DNA of 64,000 nt from Chiloscyllium plagiosum (Eukaryota). The notes beneath the pieces were generated by a model. It made no database searches and had not been told where the DNA came from. It saw only the letters and a program-made list of their open reading frames with translations. The stretch is from the NCBI RefSeq assembly GCF_004010195.1, contig NC_057718.1, positions 61,968,981 through 62,032,980 on the forward strand, written 5' to 3'. This document shows positions 60,780-64,000 of this stretch, in pieces; positions within the stretch are counted from its first letter, which is position 1, and each line of letters opens with the position of its first letter. Position numbers and translations under genes: made by a program.

Positions 60780-62739
60780 GTTGCTAAAGAAAGATGCAGA
60801 CAATAGAAAGCATCTGTTTAAATCAGAGCTCTTTGTAGTTTGCTGATACATGCATTGTGCATCTTGTCTGCTTAATGCTACCATACCCTGAAGGGTATTA
60901 TCAGGGAGAGTCTAGAATAAAGGAATTCATGCTTTAGCAGCTCCTGCAATTCAGATTCTAAATGCTTCTTACTGAAGCTTACTGTTTCTTCCTAAGAGCT
61001 TCACATCTTCCAGAATAGGAGTTCCAGTGCCCAACTGCTCAAGAGCCTGTAGGCCAAGATTTACCCCTGTCAGCCATTGACAATCGCATAAACTATCAGA
61101 GAGATATGCCTCTTCATGAACATTTTCTGTGAAAAATCTATTATCATCATCAAATTACAATATCTGTCCTGCATTTGAAAGGGCTGGAAATTTCCCTTCA
61201 TGTTTCACATGCTATTTCACTGATGGAGTGTTAAGTTCGCAGCTAGTTTTTTGTGGCACAGTTTATGGTGTGACAGTAATATTTTCCAAATGTTTGTGTG
61301 TTTTCTCTTGTCACTCTTCTTAATTCTGAAAAATACCATCTCTTTTCAAACAGTTGGCTCCTGTCCTGACAGGACATTGCCCACTTACTCTGAATATCTG
61401 TAACTTCAATTGACATGACTACCTAACAATTTAGGGGAACTGAAGAAATGCAAAAATATATGTACTGACTAATTCCTATTACAGAAACTGTGCTGAGAAA
61501 GCATACTTCATTTTCTGGATGCAACTTAAGGTCTACAGTTGGACACCATGCTCCCATTTAGCTAATTGAATCTTACACTGAAGACTTGATCATCTTCTTC
61601 AGGTTTCACCTGCAGGACTACATTTGTCCAAACTTAGCTGGCTCAGCTTCAAAATCCAGAGATATTATTCTTGCCTCTTCCAATAAGCCCTTCATCCATG
61701 CAGAATCATGCCTTTGGCTTATGTAAATTCCAATGTCAAACCTTCCTGTCTCTTTACCTTCATGCATCTTCAAGATGCAGCTTAAGACCTAATGCTTTGA
61801 TAAGGTTTTTGGCTCCCTGCCCTAATATCACTTTATGTTGCTTGGTGTCAAATTGTGTTACAGATATCACAAATACATAAATGCAAGTTGTTAATGGTGA
61901 ATTGCATTTCTGTAAACAAAAGCATTACAGGTGAGGCAAAATAGCTGAATAAATGCTTAGAACGAGTAACCAAGAATCAATTGATTCTGATAATGAACAG
62001 CAGTCCGTCAACTGCTCATTCAAATCCAAATAACTTAGCTTTAAAACAAGACCTGTATCTGTAATGTAATTTTTATACAATTTGTAGTTTTTTTTCATGG
62101 GAGCATTCCAGATAGTTCAAAAATATACCCTTTAAAGCATAACTGCCAACTGCTTTGATGAATACTTTGAAGAATCATTGTAAACTTTATCCTCTCAAGG
62201 ACCATATCAAATTATTTTGCAATGGTGAAATCAAAACTAAGCAGCAATCAAAAAGATTCTGTATCCTTTAAGGACCCAGTGTGAGCAGCTCCCATTTCAT
62301 ACACTACTTGTAAATATCAATATTTGCCAAAATGAAGAAAAGTATAAGGATTGAAAGAATAATAATGATAAGCAGAACAACTTGACAGTAATTTACCAAC
62401 AACTCTGTCTCAGTAGCAAAATTTGTTTGAAATCATTTTATTTAAAGTTTCCAGTTCAATTTGTTGTGTTTAGAGTGTATGCTGCATCAACACAACTACT
62501 CAACATCCTCTTGCACCTTTTGTTGTTACCTAGATTTGACAACATAGCAATCCATGTTTATATTGGCACATACAAATGGTGGAGAACATTGATTTTAGGA
62601 TCTTTCATGGTAAATTGTGATGCAATTGTTTCCCAGCACCTGGAAGTGAACAGGTAAAAAACATATGTGTTTTACAATGAATTGAGCAATATGTGAGGAG
62701 ATAGACAAGGTGGAAGTTAATTGAAAAAATGATTACTTG

Positions 62740-62942
62740 TCCCTGTCTGTGTCTGTCTATCTGCATGTAGATATCAGTTTTATGCATATATCTGTTAGTC
62801 TGGGTCTGTATGTGTCTCTGTACTTGTCATATATATTGCATATCTATTGTTTATACCAATTCATGTTTGTAACAATCTATGTGTTTATCTGTGCCTGGAT
62901 ATGACTGTGTGTATATGTATTATATCTCTGTTCATGTGTGTA
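62740..62942 (+). repeat. TG/TA-rich low-complexity tract
   Basis: tgtctgtgtctgtctatctgcatgtag...tgtgtgtatatgtattatatc. Confidence 0.5.
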
Positions 62943-63069
62943 AAATACTTTTCATTAGCACAATTGCACCTCCTGTAGGTTTTACATCTATTTCCTGTAA
63001 TGTCACATTTTACCGACATACTTTACAGATTAGTCTTATATTAAACAGCAGAAAGTTGGAATGGTGGGG

Positions 63070-63480
63070 AACATATAGAGGCCGAGTTTCCATTTTGGCT
63101 ATTTTCATAATAGCTTGAGAAATAGTAACAGGGTAGGCTATACAACCTCTCAAGCCAGGTTTGCCATTTAATAAGATCATTTGATCTCAGTCAGACTTTC
63201 CCTCCCTTTCTCTAAATCCTTTGATTCTCTTACAGTCTTAAATATACTCAATGACTGAATATTCACAACTCTTTGGATATACAATTTCATGGATACTCTG
63301 TCCTCTGAGGGAAGATATTTCTCCTTATTTCTATTCTAAAAGCTGATCAGCTTTCCTGAGATCACAGCCCCAGGTTCTAAACCATGCACCTCTCAACATT
63401 TACAGTGTCACTCCTCACAGATGCATGTATTCGTGAAATTGGCTTCCATTTATCTAATCTCCAAAAGTGTACGTTATTTC
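63070..63480 (-). mobile_element. Old CR1 3' relic
   Basis: gccatttaataagatcat...tccttgattctctt...cctctgagggaagatatttctccttatttc, similar to 26050-26330. Confidence 0.55.
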
Positions 63481-64000
63481 TACTCAAACAGGAAACTTCA
63501 TGGGTGGGACCTTATTGGGGTGTGAGCAATAAAGGCTCTGAAGAGAGTTGTGATGTAATCACGTGAAAAGTCCAGTGAGGCCTATCTTGTTGTCAGAAAC
63601 AACGAGCCACATATTTTATGTGCCTGCTTGGTGCAGAGAAAGTGTATCACCAGGCAGCAGTGACCTGCAATGAAGGGGGCTTGTGGCTTGTTAAACATCT
63701 TATTAACTGCACACCTCAACTCATGAATAATACCTTATCGGCTTAGAGGAACCTCCTATATGAAGAGACAAAATTCTTCAAGGAAACTTGTTGGCAAGAG
63801 GAAGTAGGAGAAAGGAATGCCAGTGATCTCAAAACCAAGGTCCAATTCCACCTCCTGGAAATATCTGGCAACTTTGTGATCAGAGATGGAGCTCTCAAAA
63901 TAGACTCATCAACAATGGAAAAACTCAGAGAATCAAGAGTGGTGAGATAGAATTTCCTAGGTGAACAACCATTTTTATTAGTGATTGTCAATGACCTTAC

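Overview
Vertebrate nuclear DNA, very likely from a cartilaginous fish. This is an inference from the repeat repertoire: HE1-like tRNA SINEs with (TCTAA)n or CTATG tails, CR1, Tx1-like, RTE and L2 LINE relics, Penelope-like elements (PLEs), Gmr1-like Gypsy relics and solo LTRs. I could not identify any intact, recognisable host protein-coding gene; nearly all longer ORFs in the track are decayed transposon sequence. The window looks like a repeat-dense intergenic or intronic region with a 475-N assembly gap (23236-23710). Highlights: (1) many PLE terminal repeats carry a minimal hammerhead-ribozyme-like core with covarying stem II; (2) two oppositely oriented copies of a decayed Harbinger-like element carry an intron-containing Myb/SANT gene; (3) a 58-bp retroposon 3' tail is flanked by a 134-bp duplication; (4) several fold-back PLE insertions have exact target-site duplications (TSDs); (5) a small CpG/ETS/GC-box/NRF1-like promoter candidate lies at ~35.2 kb with speculative minus-strand exons. 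Family assignments come from motif recognition by eye, with no database search. Boundaries are approximate unless a TSD is given.
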